NCBI GenBank assembly: GCA_950097015.1
Contig: CATNEN010000004.1
Coordinates: 62,001-126,000 of the forward strand
DNA length: 64,000 bases
Reading direction: 5' to 3'
DNA from: Macrostomum hystrix
Taxonomy: Eukaryota; Animalia; Platyhelminthes
The translations under genes were made by a program, and so were the position numbers. This document shows, one piece after another, positions 1 through 13,134 of this stretch (the first letter of the stretch is position 1; each line of letters opens with the position of its first letter). The notes beneath the pieces are model-generated. The model saw only the letters and a program-made list of their open reading frames with translations, searched no databases and was not told the origin of the DNA.

Positions 1-2824
1 CTTCACGCGGAATGTGGCATTGCGCGACTGCACCGCCCAGTCGGCATAGTCTGGCGTGAACGGCAGGTGAAGCCGGCGGTAGCAGTTCAAGGTTGGCGAG
101 GTCAGCGCCGCGATGGCTGGCGAGTGATGGATGAGGCCGGCTAGCCAGTGCCGCATCACGGCCGACATTTTGCGCTCATCGGTCGAGTCGAAGAATGCGT
201 TTGTGCTCCGATCCAGAGACCACAGCGAATGATTGAAGTGCAGCCCGCTGCCAGCTTCATCGGCGCAGGGCACCGCCATGAATGAGACTATGTAGCCGTG
301 GTTTGAGGCCACCTGGAAACCAGGTAATTGGGAAACTCGATTTAGAGTGATCAGTTCACTAGTCTGACTGTTTGGAGTGATCAGCTCATTCGTGTGACTG
401 TTTAGAGTGATCAGTTCACTTGTTTGACTGTTTGGAGTGATCAGTTCACTCGTGGGACTGTTTGGGGTGATCAGTTCACTCGTGGGACTGTTTGGGGTGA
501 TCAGTTCACTCATGGGACTGTTTGGGGTGATCAGTTCACTCGTGGGACTGTTTGGGGTGATCAGTTCATTCGTGTGACTGATTAGAGTGATCAGTTCATT
601 CGTGGGACTGTTTGGGGTGATCAGTTCATTCGTGTGACTGTTTAGAGTGATCAGTTCCCTTGTTTGACTGTTTTGAGTGATCGGTTCACTTGTGAGACTG
701 TTTGGAGTGATCAGTTCATTCGTGGGACTGATTGGAGTGATCAGTTCATTCGTGTGACTATTTGGAGTGATCAGTTCACTAGTGTGACTGTTGGAGTGAT
801 CAGCTCACTTGTGGGACTGTTTGGAGTGATCAGCTCACTTGTTTGACTGTTTGGAGTGATCAGTTCACTCGTGGGACTGTTTGGGGTGATCAGTTCACTC
901 GTGGGACTGTTTGGGGTGATCAGTTCATTCGTGTGACTGTTTAGAGTGATCAGTTCACTTGTTTGACTGTTTGGAGTGATCAGTTCACTTGTGAGACTGT
1001 TTGGAGTGATCAGTTCATTCGTAGGACTGTTTGGAGTGATCAGCTCACTAGTCTGACTGTTTGGAGTGATCAGCTCACTAGTCTGACTGTTTGGAGTGAT
1101 CAGCTCACTAGTGTGACTGTTTGGAGTGATCAGCTCACTAGTCTGACTGTTTGGAGTGATCAGCTCACTAGTGTAACTGTTTGGAGTGATCAGCTCACTA
1201 GTCTGACTGTTTGGAGTGATCAGCTCACTTGTGGGACTGTTTGGAGTGATCAGCTCACTTGTGGGACTGTTTGGAGTGATCAGCTCACTTGTGGGACTGT
1301 TTGGAGTGTTTGGTTTTAACCACAACCGCAATCTACTATTTATGTAGTCAATCAAATATGTGTTCCCACCTGTTTGACAATGTCCCTATACAGGAAGCCC
1401 TCGTCAGGTCCGCGGATGCCCCACCGCGGTGCCATGGTGACCTCCATCTGGCCGCAGCCGTACTCCGTGTGCAGCGCCTCAACGGACAGACCGGCCGAAT
1501 GCAGCGCCGAGTGAATGTCCAGCAGCAGTGGCTCGTATTTGTGGGCCAGAATGCTGCAGTAGGGATCCACGCGGCTCTCTTGCCAGGTGTAATCCCCACC
1601 GGCCTCCTGCGGATCAGGTTTCATGCGACGGGAACAGTTTGCGGGACGAAATCCTATATAGTCCCGTGCCATCCAATCCCATCCCATCCCATCCCATCCC
1701 ATCCCATCCCATCCCATCCCATCCAATCCAATCCCATCCCATGCCATCCAATCCAATCCCATCCAGTCCAACCCCATCCCATCCCATTCAATCCCATCCA
1801 ATCCCATCCAATCCCATCCCATCCAATCCCATTCCATTCCATCTCATCCAATCCCATCCAATCCTATCCAATCCCATCCCATCCAATCCCATTCCATCCC
1901 ATCCAATCCCATTCCATCCCATCCTATTCCATCCCATCCCATCCCATACCATCCCATCCAATCCCATCCCATCCTATCCAATCCCATCCCATCCAATCCC
2001 ATCCAATCCCATCCAATCCCATCCAATCCCATCCAATCCTATCCCATCCCATCCCATCCCATCCCATCCAATCCCATCCCATCCTATCCCATCCCATCCC
2101 ATCCAATCCCATTCCATCCCATCCAATCCCATTCCATCCCATCCTATTCCATCCCATCCCATCCCATACCATCCCATCCAATCCCATCCCATCCTATCCA
2201 ATCCCATCCCATCCAATCCCATCCAATCCCATCCAATCCCATCCAATCCCATCCAATCCCATCCAATCCTATCCCATCCCATCCCATCCCATCCCATCCA
2301 ATCCCATCCCATCCCATCCCATCCCATCCCATCCCATCCCATCCCATCCCAGCCACCTTCGGCTTGAGGAACAGGCGCCACTCGAGCTCAACAGCGCTGA
2401 GCATGGCCAGTCCGTGGCCGGCAAGTCTCTCCAGCTGCTTCTTGACTGCATTCCTGGGATCGAAGGACACTGCGGTGCCGTCGTGCCAGGCGGAGCCACA
2501 GATCACCTGGCCGATGCGGGCCTTGCCGTCGGGACCGGGCGGACAGCGGGACCAGCTGGCCAGGTGGAATGAGTCCGGGTCAGGCAGCATTGAGCAGTCC
2601 GGGTAGCCGTTGTCAACCACCCACTCGACCTTCGGAGCGAAGCTGCTGCAGGACAGGGAGAGCACAGCCGAGCAGCAGTCGCGTCCGCCTCGACGAACGA
2701 AGCCGCGGCACATGGCACCGGGGATCAGCTTGAGGCGGGCGTTGCCGTTCATGTCCGGAAACACCCAGCGCACTAGCGTCAGGGACTCGCATTTGCGCAG
2801 AAATTCTTCCATATTACTTTCCAT
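1..2824 (-). CDS. Glutamine synthetase type I-like / lengsin-like protein (probable gamma-glutamyl-amine ligase). Exons 2824-2357, 1606-1370 and 312-<1; the 3' end lies outside the window
   Basis: The joined exons stay in frame at GT-AG junctions (FLKPK|EAGGD, IVKQ|VASNH). GS motifs: FPDMNGNARLK, AVELEW (ExE), EALHTEYGCGQME, GSGLHFNHSLW, NCYRR, QSRNATFR. A probable 5'UTR intron runs from a donor at ~5277 (CAG|GTAAGC) to an acceptor at ~2845. Confidence 0.88.
341..1307. repeat. 30-bp minisatellite (TTTGGAGTGATCAGTTCACTCGTGGGACTG-like), ~32 copies, in a GS intron
   Basis: Periodicity is directly visible. Confidence 0.97.
1669..2350. repeat. (ATCCC/ATCCA)n pentamer microsatellite in a GS intron
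   Basis: Directly visible. Confidence 0.97.
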
Positions 2825-2898
2825 CTTACTGACAGTAGGCTGTCCTGCGTGTGCGTGCGTTTTTCGGCTTTTGATGAATATCCTAATCCCAGCTAACT

Positions 2899-3478
2899 TA
2901 AGATCCCAATTCTTACTTGAGATCCCAATTCTTACTTGAGATCCAAATTCTTACTTGAGATCCCAATTCTTACTTGAGATCCAAATTCTTACTTGAGATC
3001 CCAATTCTTACTTGAGATCCAAATTCTTACTTGAGATCCCAATTCTTACTTGAGATCCCAATTCTTACTTGAGATCCAAATTCTTACTTGAGATCCAAAT
3101 TCTTACTTGAGATCCCAATTCTTACTTGAGATCCAAATTCTTACTTGAGATCCAAATTCTTACTTGAGATCCCAATTCTTACTTGAGATCCCAATTCTTA
3201 CTTGAGATCCCAATTCTTACTTGAGATCCCAATTCTTACTTGAGATCCCAATTCTTACTTGAGATCCAAATTCTTACTTGAGATCCCAATTCTTACTTGA
3301 GATCCCAATTCTTACTTGAGATCCCAATTCTTACTTGAGATCCAAATTCTTACTTGAGATCCAAATTCTTACTTGAGATCCAAATTCTTACTTGAGATCC
3401 CAATTCTTACTTGAGATCCCAATTCTTACTTGAGATCCCAATTCTTACTTGAGATCCCAATTCTTACTTGAGATTCCA
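2899..3478. repeat. 19-bp minisatellite (GAGATCCCAATTCTTACTT)
   Basis: Directly visible. Confidence 0.97.
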
Positions 3479-4107
3479 ACTTGGGTTAGTTTCAGAGATT
3501 AATCATCTAGATAAGGATGAAAGCAGAGAAGTTGGGACAGAGGCACAATGAACGATTTGTATCTGCATATAATTTCACTTTAAAGTGCGTTGCAATTTTC
3601 AAAAGCGGTACGTAGTATTTTGTTATTTCTGGTTTTAAAAAACACTGGAGCCAGATATTTCGCGAATACCATCCTTGCTACACAGCTAATATATCAACTT
3701 CACAAAAAATCTAAAAACTGTTAGATTGGCAGCGGAAAACAGAAATTTTGTAACAGGCTCGCGACCTCAGTAAAGCAGTTACTGTTGTGTGATGCATTTT
3801 TTTGGCAAACCGGCTCATGCGACAATTGGGATTCGAGTTTGAGCCGGAAATCTATAAAAAGTGTGTCTGCTATACTGTGAAGAGCCAGTGAAATTTGAAC
3901 AAAATTTGTGCCAATTTTCTACTTTCAAAATGTGAATCCAGCGCTCTATGAGATCAAGCTGATGATGAGCATTCAAATTTTGGCAAGTTAAATTGCTGTC
4001 AGCATATTGACAAACTGAGAGAGTATGATGAAATGTAGATTTTCTAATAACTACTGATTGGTTATAATTGGTTAACCTTTTGAACTATATTTTTACCATC
4101 TACATCA

Positions 4108-5193
4108 TGATGCATCTGTAGACATTGATAGTTGCTGATAGATGATGCATCTATAGACATTGATAGTTGCTGATAGATGATGCATCTATAGACACTGATA
4201 GTTGCTGATAGATGATGCATCTATAGACATTGATAGTTGCTGATAGATGATGCATCTATAGACATTGATAGTTGCTGATAGATGATGCATCTACAGACAT
4301 TGATAGTTGCTGATAGATGATGCATCTTTAGACACTGATAGTTGCTGATAGATGATGCATCTATAGACATTGATAGTTGCTGATAGATGATGCATCTATA
4401 GACATTGATAGTTGCTGATAGATGATGCATCTATAGACATTGATAGTTGCTGATAGATGATGCATCTACAGACATTGATAGTTGCTGATAGATGATGCAT
4501 CTTTAGACACTGATAGTTGCTGATAGATGATGCATCTATAGACATTGATAGTTGCTGATAGATGATGCATCTATAGACATTGATAGTTGCTGATAGATGA
4601 TGCATCTATAGACATTGATAGTTGCTGATAGATGATGCATCTACAGACATTGATAGTTGCTGATAGATGATGCATCTATAGACACTGATAGTTGCTGATA
4701 GATGATGCATCTATAGACACTGATAGTTGCTGATAGATGATGCATCTACAGATATTGATAGTTGCTGATAGATGATGCATCTATAGACATTGATAGTTGC
4801 TGATAGATGATGCATCTATAGACACTGATAGTTGCTGATAGATGATGCATCTACAGATATTGATAGTTGCTGATAGATGATGCATCTATAGACATTGATA
4901 GTTGCTGATAGATGATGCATCTATAGACATTGATAGTTGCTGATAGATGATGCATCTATAGACACTGATAGTTGCTGATAGATGATGCATCTACAGATAT
5001 TGATAGTTGCTGATAGATGATGCATCTACAGACATTGATAGTTGCTGATAGATGATGCATCTACAGATATTGATAGTTGCTGATAGATGATGCATCTACA
5101 GACATTGATAGTTGCTGATAGATGATGCATCTACAGACACTGATAGTTGCTGATAGATGATGCATCTACAGACACTGATAGTTGCTGATAGAT
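4108..5193. repeat. 35-bp minisatellite (TGATAGTTGCTGATAGATGATGCATCTATAGACAT), ~31 copies
   Basis: Directly visible. The unit contains the inverted repeat ATAGATG-ATG-CATCTAT. Confidence 0.97.
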
Positions 5194-5919
5194 AGTGCAT
5201 TCCCGCAGACTTGCAATGTACTGATTTAGTTACAATACGAAAATATCCTAATAAAAAAACTGATAGGATAAGCTTACCTGCTTTGATGACGCAAAGAAAA
5301 GAAATTAAAGAAGAAAGCTAATCAGTGACAATTTTCACAAGCAGAGCGAATAGCTATTTCTGTCTATCTATATTTATAGTTAGAATCGGCTGCATGTGAA
5401 ATTACGGTACAGTGCGAGCCAGTTGGCAGCCTAGCGAAACCCCACTCCTTGCCTGACACTCCCACTTTGTCCTGACCCCAATGCAACCCCAACTTGGGTA
5501 ACGTTGTGCGGCAAGTTAATTTTTTTAGGCAGGGAACCAATGCCGGCTGTTCAGGAAAATGTCTTATCAACAGGCGAACGGTCCAACCCCACCTCCGCCT
5601 TAGCAAAAATGCAAACCTCTCAGTTCTGTTCGGATAGCGATCAGGGCCTTGTACAGATCTTGTGCGAGCGCGCAAGCGTAGCTTAGCGGGCTGGCAAAGT
5701 GCAAGCATTAATCTCCTGCTTGGAGACAAACTTATAGGCTAAACAATACAATAGTTCTGTCACTCTCCGAGGGACAAGATTTAGCTTGGCTGCAACAGTT
5801 ATTTGCAACTGAGGTACGCATATTAGATAGAGGTAGGGTGGCTAGATAGATATAGGGATGGCAGACAGATGCAGGGGTGGTAGATAGATGTACAAATGGT
5901 AGATGGTACCATTTGTAGG

Positions 5920-6200
5920 GTGGTAGATAGATAGATGTAGGGATGGTAGATAGATATAGGGATAGTAGATAAATACGAGTACAAGGATTCTAGATAGATG
6001 TTGGGATGGCAGATAGATGGTAGATAGATGTAGGGATGGTAGATAGATATAGGGATAGTAGATAAATACGAGTACAAGGATTCTAGATAGATGTTGGGAT
6101 GGCAGATAGATGGTAGATATATGTAGGAATGGTTGATAGATTGTAGATAGTTGCAAGGGTGGTAAATAGATGGCAGATAGATGTAGAGATGGTAGATAGC
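5920..6200. repeat. Degenerate TAGA-rich tandem duplication
   Basis: The block ...gatagtagataaatacgagtacaaggattctagatagatgttggg... occurs twice. Confidence 0.8.
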
Positions 6201-6804
6201 TCGTATATTCCAGTAGACTTCGCTGCAACGATAAGGACTCTAATTACTAATTCAAGGTTGAGAAATTGTTTGCTCTGGATTCAACTGCTGGGGCTTGCCA
6301 AAAATGTACTTTTACGGCAAGGCGATCGGCGAGAAGCGTGGAGTCAATATGAAGTCCGAAAGTGTAGATTTGAGTATACGAGAGTCGAAAATTGAATTCA
6401 TTTTCCTCGGGCCCATCATATCACATTTAGCAACTCCTTTTTAGTTATAAGGCCTGCGGTAGTAAGGCATTCTAATGCAACTAGCGTATATGGCAACTTC
6501 TGCAGTTAAGTCGAGAAATCCAGTTTTGATTTCTGTGACAGGCTTGGCGAGAAATTAATTCTAGCATTAGAGATGTTAGCGCTGAAACATTTTCAGAGAA
6601 ATTAAATAAATTTCTCTGGGGCCCGTTTATGTGCCACTGCACAGAAACATTGCTACAATATAGAATGCTTACTGTTTCTGCTTCTACCTCGTAATTTTAT
6701 TCGCAAGCAGTTTTCAAATCAGAATTGTAGGAATTTTCGGCCGAATGTAGGTTTACGAATCATAGCACAATATCTAGTTGTAGATAATTACTTAGCGATC
6801 CTGA

Positions 6805-7188
6805 ATACCTAGATATAGATACCTAGATATACCTGGCTACAGATAATCTACATGGCTTTAGATAATCTACCTGGCTACAGATAATCTACATGGCTTTAGA
6901 TAATCTACCTGGCTACAGATAATCTACCCGGCTACAGATAATCTACATGGCTTTAGATAATCTACATGGCTACAGATAATCTACCTGGCTTCAGATAATC
7001 TACATGGCTTCAGATAATCTACGTGGCTACGGATAATCTACCTGGCTTCAGATAATCTACTTGGCTTCAGATAATCTACCTGGCTTCAGATAATCTACCT
7101 GGCTTCAGATAATTTACCTGGCTACAGATAATCTACCTAGCTACAGATAATCTACCTGGCTTCAGATAATCTACCTGGCTACAGATAA
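6805..7188. repeat. 19-bp minisatellite (CTACCTGGCTACAGATAAT)
   Basis: Directly visible. Confidence 0.95.
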
Positions 7189-7811
7189 ACAACCAGGCTG
7201 TGTGTTACCAACAGTTTTGTCTTTTGAGTTGCCTGGACTGTCGTCCTAATTTGTTTTTTCTTCAGAAACGCACTCAGCATCCCGCAGTGTGGCAAATATT
7301 TTCACTACCTCGGTAAAGCACAGATCCACGGCTACTGTTAAGATAAAAGCACTTCTAAGAAACTGCGTACAATTATTATGCAAAGGAGAGATGATAAACT
7401 CCGATGCGACTCAAAGACCAACCCGGCTGAGCATGCACAGAAAGGCCGGCAGAAATAGCAAATTAACCCCTTTCGCCTCGGGAACTAATTAACCTGGCAT
7501 AGCCACTCGAAAGATGATGAGGCAGTTGCCGCTGAGAACTGCAGATTAAACTGATAAGAGCAAAGAGGCTGCTGCAAGCTGCATCTTCACATTCTTTTCT
7601 TGTTGCAGAAATAATAAAAAAGAAGCAAACTTTCTCTCAGAAACCATTGTGCATTCACTGCCTTGCTAGCAAAACAGTTTTCAGAGTAGGCGCGGCTTTC
7701 ATACTCGTACTAAAGATGCCGCACTCCGTGTATTTCGCTAATTACTTTTATGGGCTCGTGAATACATTCAAATTGATAACTCTTACTATTCACTTCCAAA
7801 ACTTAGGTAAA

Positions 7812-8725
7812 ATTTCAGGGATCCAGCTGTTCCTTCAGTGACATTTCAGGGATCCAGCTGTTCCTTCAGTGATATTTCAGGGATCCAGCTGTTCCTTCAG
7901 TGACATTTCAGGGATCCAGCTGTTCCCTCAGTGACATTTCAGGGATCCAGCTGTTCCTTCAGTGATATTTCAGGGATCCAGCTGTTCCTTCAGTGACATT
8001 TCAGGGATCCAGCTGTTCCTTCAGTGACATTTCAGGGATCCAGCTGTTCCTTCAGTGACATTTCAGGGATCCAGCTGCTCCTTGAATGACATTTCAGGGA
8101 TCCAGCTGTTCCTTCAGTGACATTTCAGGGATCCAGCTGTTCCTTGAATGACATTTCAGGGATCCAGCTGTTCCTTCAGTGACATTTCAGGGATCCAACT
8201 GTTCCTTCAGTGACATTTCAGGGATCCAGCTGTTCCTTCAGTGACATTTCAGGGATCCAGCTGTTCCTTCAGTGACATTTCAGGGATCCAGCAGCTCCTT
8301 CAGTGACATTTCAGGGATCCAGCTGTTCCTTCAGTGACATTTCAGGGATCCAGCTGTTCCTTGAATGACATTTCAGGGATCCAGCTGTTCCTTCAGTGAC
8401 ATTTCAGGGATCCAGCTGTTCCTTCAGTGACATTTCAGGGATCCAGCAGCTCCTTCAGTGACATTTCAGGGATCCAGCTGCTCCTTCAGTGACATTTCAG
8501 GGATCCAGCTGTTCCTTCAGTGACATTTCAGGGATCCAGCTGTTCCTTCAGTGACATTTCAGGGATCCAGCTGTTCCTTCAGTGACATTTCAGGGATCCA
8601 GCTGCTCCTTCAGTGACATTTCAGGGATCCAGCTGTTCCTTCAGTGACATTTCAGGGATCCAGCTGTTCCTGTATCAGTGACATTTCAGGGATCCAGCTG
8701 TTCCTGTATCAGTGATATTTCAGGG
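7812..8725. repeat. 31-bp minisatellite (CAGTGACATTTCAGGGATCCAGCTGTTCCTT)
   Basis: Directly visible. Confidence 0.97.
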
Positions 8726-9707
8726 AATTAAAATATTAGCACAAGAAACTAAAAACGTTGAAAACGCTAGGACAGAAAACAAGGACAAATATATAGTTAA
8801 TCTTAGATAAAACCTGGCGGACACTACTTGCAGCAGCAGTAGTGGTGGTTTCGCTTTAAAAGGGACTAAATTTTAACAGAAACAATCGACATTGTCTTAA
8901 ATGCACGCGCTAAAGTAATAGAAAGAACACACGAACTGTACGCTTTGTCTCCCCAGCTAATAAACAAAAAATAATGATACAGTGAAACAGCAAACACTTT
9001 GATTGTTTTAAGTATCGAAACAAACATGCGCCCTATTTTAAAAATAATTTAATTATCTTAACGACTTTTCTTCAATAAACTGAATTGTACCGCATTGTAA
9101 AGAAATGAATAAAATATAAATATAAATATCGGCTTCAAGAGCCACAACAGCAGAAACAAGACTGCTCGAAAGAAGAAGTAATAAGAAAACTGCTAGAAAA
9201 AATGTTTGAAAGCACGCATTAAAAAGCAATTACATTGTTTATAATTTGCTAGTTAAAAACACACGATTGAAAGTTTAAAGGACCAACGGTCAGACAGACA
9301 GGAGTAGATAACTAGGACAGAAAATCCGATGCTACTCTTCTGCTACTACTGACGAGTAGCAATGTAAGCGACTGAGCTTCAATCAAGTTTCGCCCATCAT
9401 TACAAACGGAAAAATAAAAATTGCAACTGTTTAATAAAGCAAAGAGAAATTTACAACAGGCAATAGACAGACTCTGGCTTATTTACAGCAGTTATAATGC
9501 AATGTAAAAGTCAATCTGGGTGTTAAACAATGAACAAATTTGGATAGATAATATTTTAAAAGAGAGGCAATTACTCACATAGCTCATGCAGAAAAACTAA
9601 CAAAAAGTCCTTAACAAAAATTTCTCGATAGTAAAGCTGGTTCTGTTTATTTAGAGCCACTAATATTCAATCCATTTTGCAAGGTAGAGCGTTCGGTGGT
9701 GAATAGG

Positions 9708-10345
9708 AGTTGTTAGGTGGCTTTGTGAAGTGAGGTGGCTAGGCGGAGTGAGGTGGCTAGGTGAAGAGAGGTGGCTAGGCGGAGTGAGGTGGCCAGGCGC
9801 AATAAAGTGGCTAGGCGGAATGAGGTGGCTAGGCGGAGTGAGGTGGCTAGGTGGAGTAAAGTGGACGCGTAGGAGAGAAGAACAGAACAAACACGCAAAT
9901 ATTTGAGCTTTTGTCAGCAATAACCGCTCCGCAGAATAGTCTGATTAAGACAACAGAACGTCAGGAAATAAACTTAGATAGTACAATTTTAAAAAGTTTC
10001 GCCTAAGAATTTTCATTTAAATGTTGCCACGTTTTTTTCTGCAAAGAATAGTAAAACAAGTATGCCAGAAAAAAGGAATAAAAAGCCGAAAATTCCGATT
10101 AAAATCTGAAAATTATAATCTTAGGTTACATAAAACACGTCTAAACGCGATATTGTAGGCATTCAAAAAGGGCGACGTAAAAAAATTAGTTGAGAAACCT
10201 GCAACAACAAAAAGAATGGTAGGTTGGTAATTATAAAAGGTTACGTAAGTAGATGGAGTGAGGTGGTTATGCGTAGTGAGGTGGGTAGCTGGAGTGAAGT
10301 GGGTAGCCGGAGTGAGGTGGGTAGCCGGAGTGAGGTGGGTAGGAC
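9708..10345. repeat. Two short related 18-bp arrays (9708-9865 GAGGTGGCTAGGCGGAGT; 10250-10345 GAGGTGGGTAGCCGGAGT) in the probable Suv4-20 3'UTR
   Basis: Directly visible. Confidence 0.85.
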
Positions 10346-10406
10346 GAGGGTAGGTGGATTTTATGATAAACACGCAATAGTGGGGAGCCCTTCTACAGGC
10401 CAAAGT

Positions 10407-13134
10407 TCATGAGGGAGCTGGGCTGTGATTGGATGGCGAGGCGCAACCAATAGATGATGCCGGAGTAGACGAGCTTCGACCGTCGCTGGGGTCAGTAGCG
10501 GAGGCAGTAACAGATGACGGGCCGGCGGCAGCGGGGGCAGCCAAGGAGGGCGAAACCGAATCGGATTCCGAGGCCGTCGAGGCAGAGGATGAGGTTGTGA
10601 ACTCAGCGGACGAAGTAACTGAGGCGGTGGTCAAGCTGACGAGCTCGTACCTGAGAGGATCCTTCAGCTGCCGGATCCGAATTAGCAGACGCGGCAACTT
10701 CAAAGGCGGCTGATTAAATCTACTTGTATTTGCTTCTTCATCGCACTCGCCATTTGTTTTTTCTTCTTCGCGATCTCGTTTGGCTGCCGCCGCGGCGGCG
10801 AGCCGGCGCAGCCGCTTATCGGTGTCGCGGAATCTATAGCCTTTGTCCTCGCCGGCAGGCGGCTGCTGCTGGGCGAAGGCGCCGGTGCGGCGACGCTCGC
10901 AGGTTTCGCATTCGCACTCGCAGTTAGACTTGCCGAAGAAGTGGGCCCCATAAAATAGCAGGATCTCGTCGCCTTTGCGAATTGGTCGAATCACCTGCGA
11001 TAAAAATTCGTGATCGAGTGTTTCATCTGCATTGTTGTACTACCTGTGACTGATCAGCAAGCACCGATTCCTCACCTGATAGTGAGCCGAATGGGGTCCA
11101 GTGGGTACAAATCTCACATTGGGCCGGCAGTCGTGATTGATGTAAGCGGCTGGGCCAAGCCACAGCTGTGAGCAGTGCTTGCGAGTTGAGTACATCACTG
11201 AGAAGTCGTTGTGACCAGGCCGCAGGTAGCTGCGCTCTTCGTCCTGCGTCAGTTCAGCGATGCAGCCTGCGAGGACAGGCGGAATTTGGGATCTCTGTAA
11301 CCGATCAACAAATATAGGCAGTCCCTTACGGCCACCAAATCTGCTATCCAGCTATCCAATCAACTATCCAGCTATCCAGCCATCCAATCAGCTATCCAGC
11401 AATCCAGCCATCCAATCAACTATCCAGCAATCCAGCCATCCAATCAACTATCCAGCCATCCAATCAACTATCCAGCTATCCAGCCATCCAATCAGCTATC
11501 CAGCAATCCAGCCATCCAATCAACCAATCAGCTATCCAGCCATCCAATCAACTATCCAGCTATCTAATCAGCTATCCAGCCATCCAATCAGCTATCCAGC
11601 CATCCAATCAACTATCCAGCTATCCAGCTATCTAATCAACTATCCAGCTATCCAGCTATCTAATCAACTATCCAGCTATCTAATCAACTATCCAGCTATC
11701 CAATCAGCTATTCAGCTATCTAATCAGCTATCCAGTTATCTAATCAGCTATCCAGCTATCCAGCCATTAATAAAAAATGAAATTTTAAGAGGCCAATTAT
11801 CAAAAGAAAAAAGTTTGACAATGCACACCAATCAGCATGTCAATCTTCTCATTAGCCTCCCAGTCTCTGGTTGAAACAATTCGAGCCCCGGTGCGATTTT
11901 CATGCGCATAGCGGCGGCACAGTTCAATCCGTACACCGGAGCGCCTGTCGAACAGGTGCAGGTAGCGGTACAGATGCAGGCGAAGGCTGGCGTCCGTGCG
12001 GCGAGCTTCGGTTAGGAACGGCCGGCCGGCCTCAGCTCCGAATTCTGACGGCCGGGCCACGAGGTGAGCATAGGCGGCGGCGTAGTCCTAAGTATAAATT
12101 GGATTTTTAGCTTGTGTTTCTACCGATTGTAGAGTGCTATAGCATCAGTTCTATTAGTTTTTTATCATCTACTGATAGGTGAGATGCAATGATGATGGGA
12201 AACTGATGGGATTAATATGGAAACTGATGGGATTAATATGGAAACTGATGGGATTAATATGGAAACTGATGGGACAAATATGGAAACTGATGGGATTAAT
12301 ATGGAAACTGATGGGACAAATATGGAAACTGATGGGATTAATATGGAAACTGATGGGATTAATATGGAAACTGATGGGATTAATATGGAAACTGATGGGA
12401 CAAATATGGAAACTGATGGGATTAATATGGAAACTGATGGGATTATTATGTAATCTGATGGGATTAATATGGAAACTGATGGGATTAATATGGAATCTGA
12501 TGGGATTAATATGGAAACTGATGGGATTAATATGGAAACTGATGGGATTAATATGGAAACTGATGGGATTAATATGGAAACTGATGGGACAAATATGGAA
12601 ACTCATTGAATCGATATGCAAATTGATAGGATTAATATGGGAAATTATGGGACAAATTTCAAACTGATCGGGATGTGGATAATACTGACAGATAACTGGA
12701 AACTGGGAAATGTTAATTGTGCATTCAAAAGACAGATAAAACAATGTCCAAGCTAGGATTGTTAAAACCCTGATTACCTGATCAATCAGGAAAGCTTCAA
12801 TAGCCGATCTCCAACGCGTAATATGCGACGCAGACGGCTGTCTGAATCGTTCGGCCATTTTGTGACTAACAATGCCCAGCAGCGAGTCCACCACCATGCA
12901 ATTAGCCAGGTCGTCTATGGCACCAAGCTCACGGGCGGACAGGCCACCAGTGTATGGACACGGAGTTGCCACATCTGGTGGACCTAAAGAAGAAGAAGAC
13001 TGCTGCTGCTGCGAGGAAAGCAAAGGCGGCGGCGTGGACACCAGGCGCTGCAGTGAGGCTGGGGAGGAGGGCTGCTGCGATACTGCAGCAGAGGCTGGCT
13101 GGCCAGCTGTGGGGTTGCACTTGGCCTTGCTGGC
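10407..13134 (-). CDS. KMT5B: Histone H4K20 methyltransferase Suv4-20 (KMT5B/C orthologue). Exons 13134-12778, 12087-11829, 11266-11076 and 10994-10407; the first coding exon is unresolved
   Basis: N-terminal [30 protein letters not shown] domain [10 protein letters not shown]...[31 protein letters not shown]...EILLFYG. Post-[14 protein letters not shown]. All junctions are GT-AG and in frame. Confidence 0.93.
11340..11765. repeat. Degenerate ATCCAGCT/ATCCAATCAACT intronic array
   Basis: Directly visible. Confidence 0.9.
12195..12655. repeat. 21-bp intronic minisatellite (GGAAACTGATGGGATTAATAT)
   Basis: Directly visible. Confidence 0.95.

Noticed and set aside
3820-3900. LANRLMRQLGFEF fragment reminiscent of ribonucleotide reductase R2
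   Set aside because: It is short, is followed by stops, and has no other R2 motifs.
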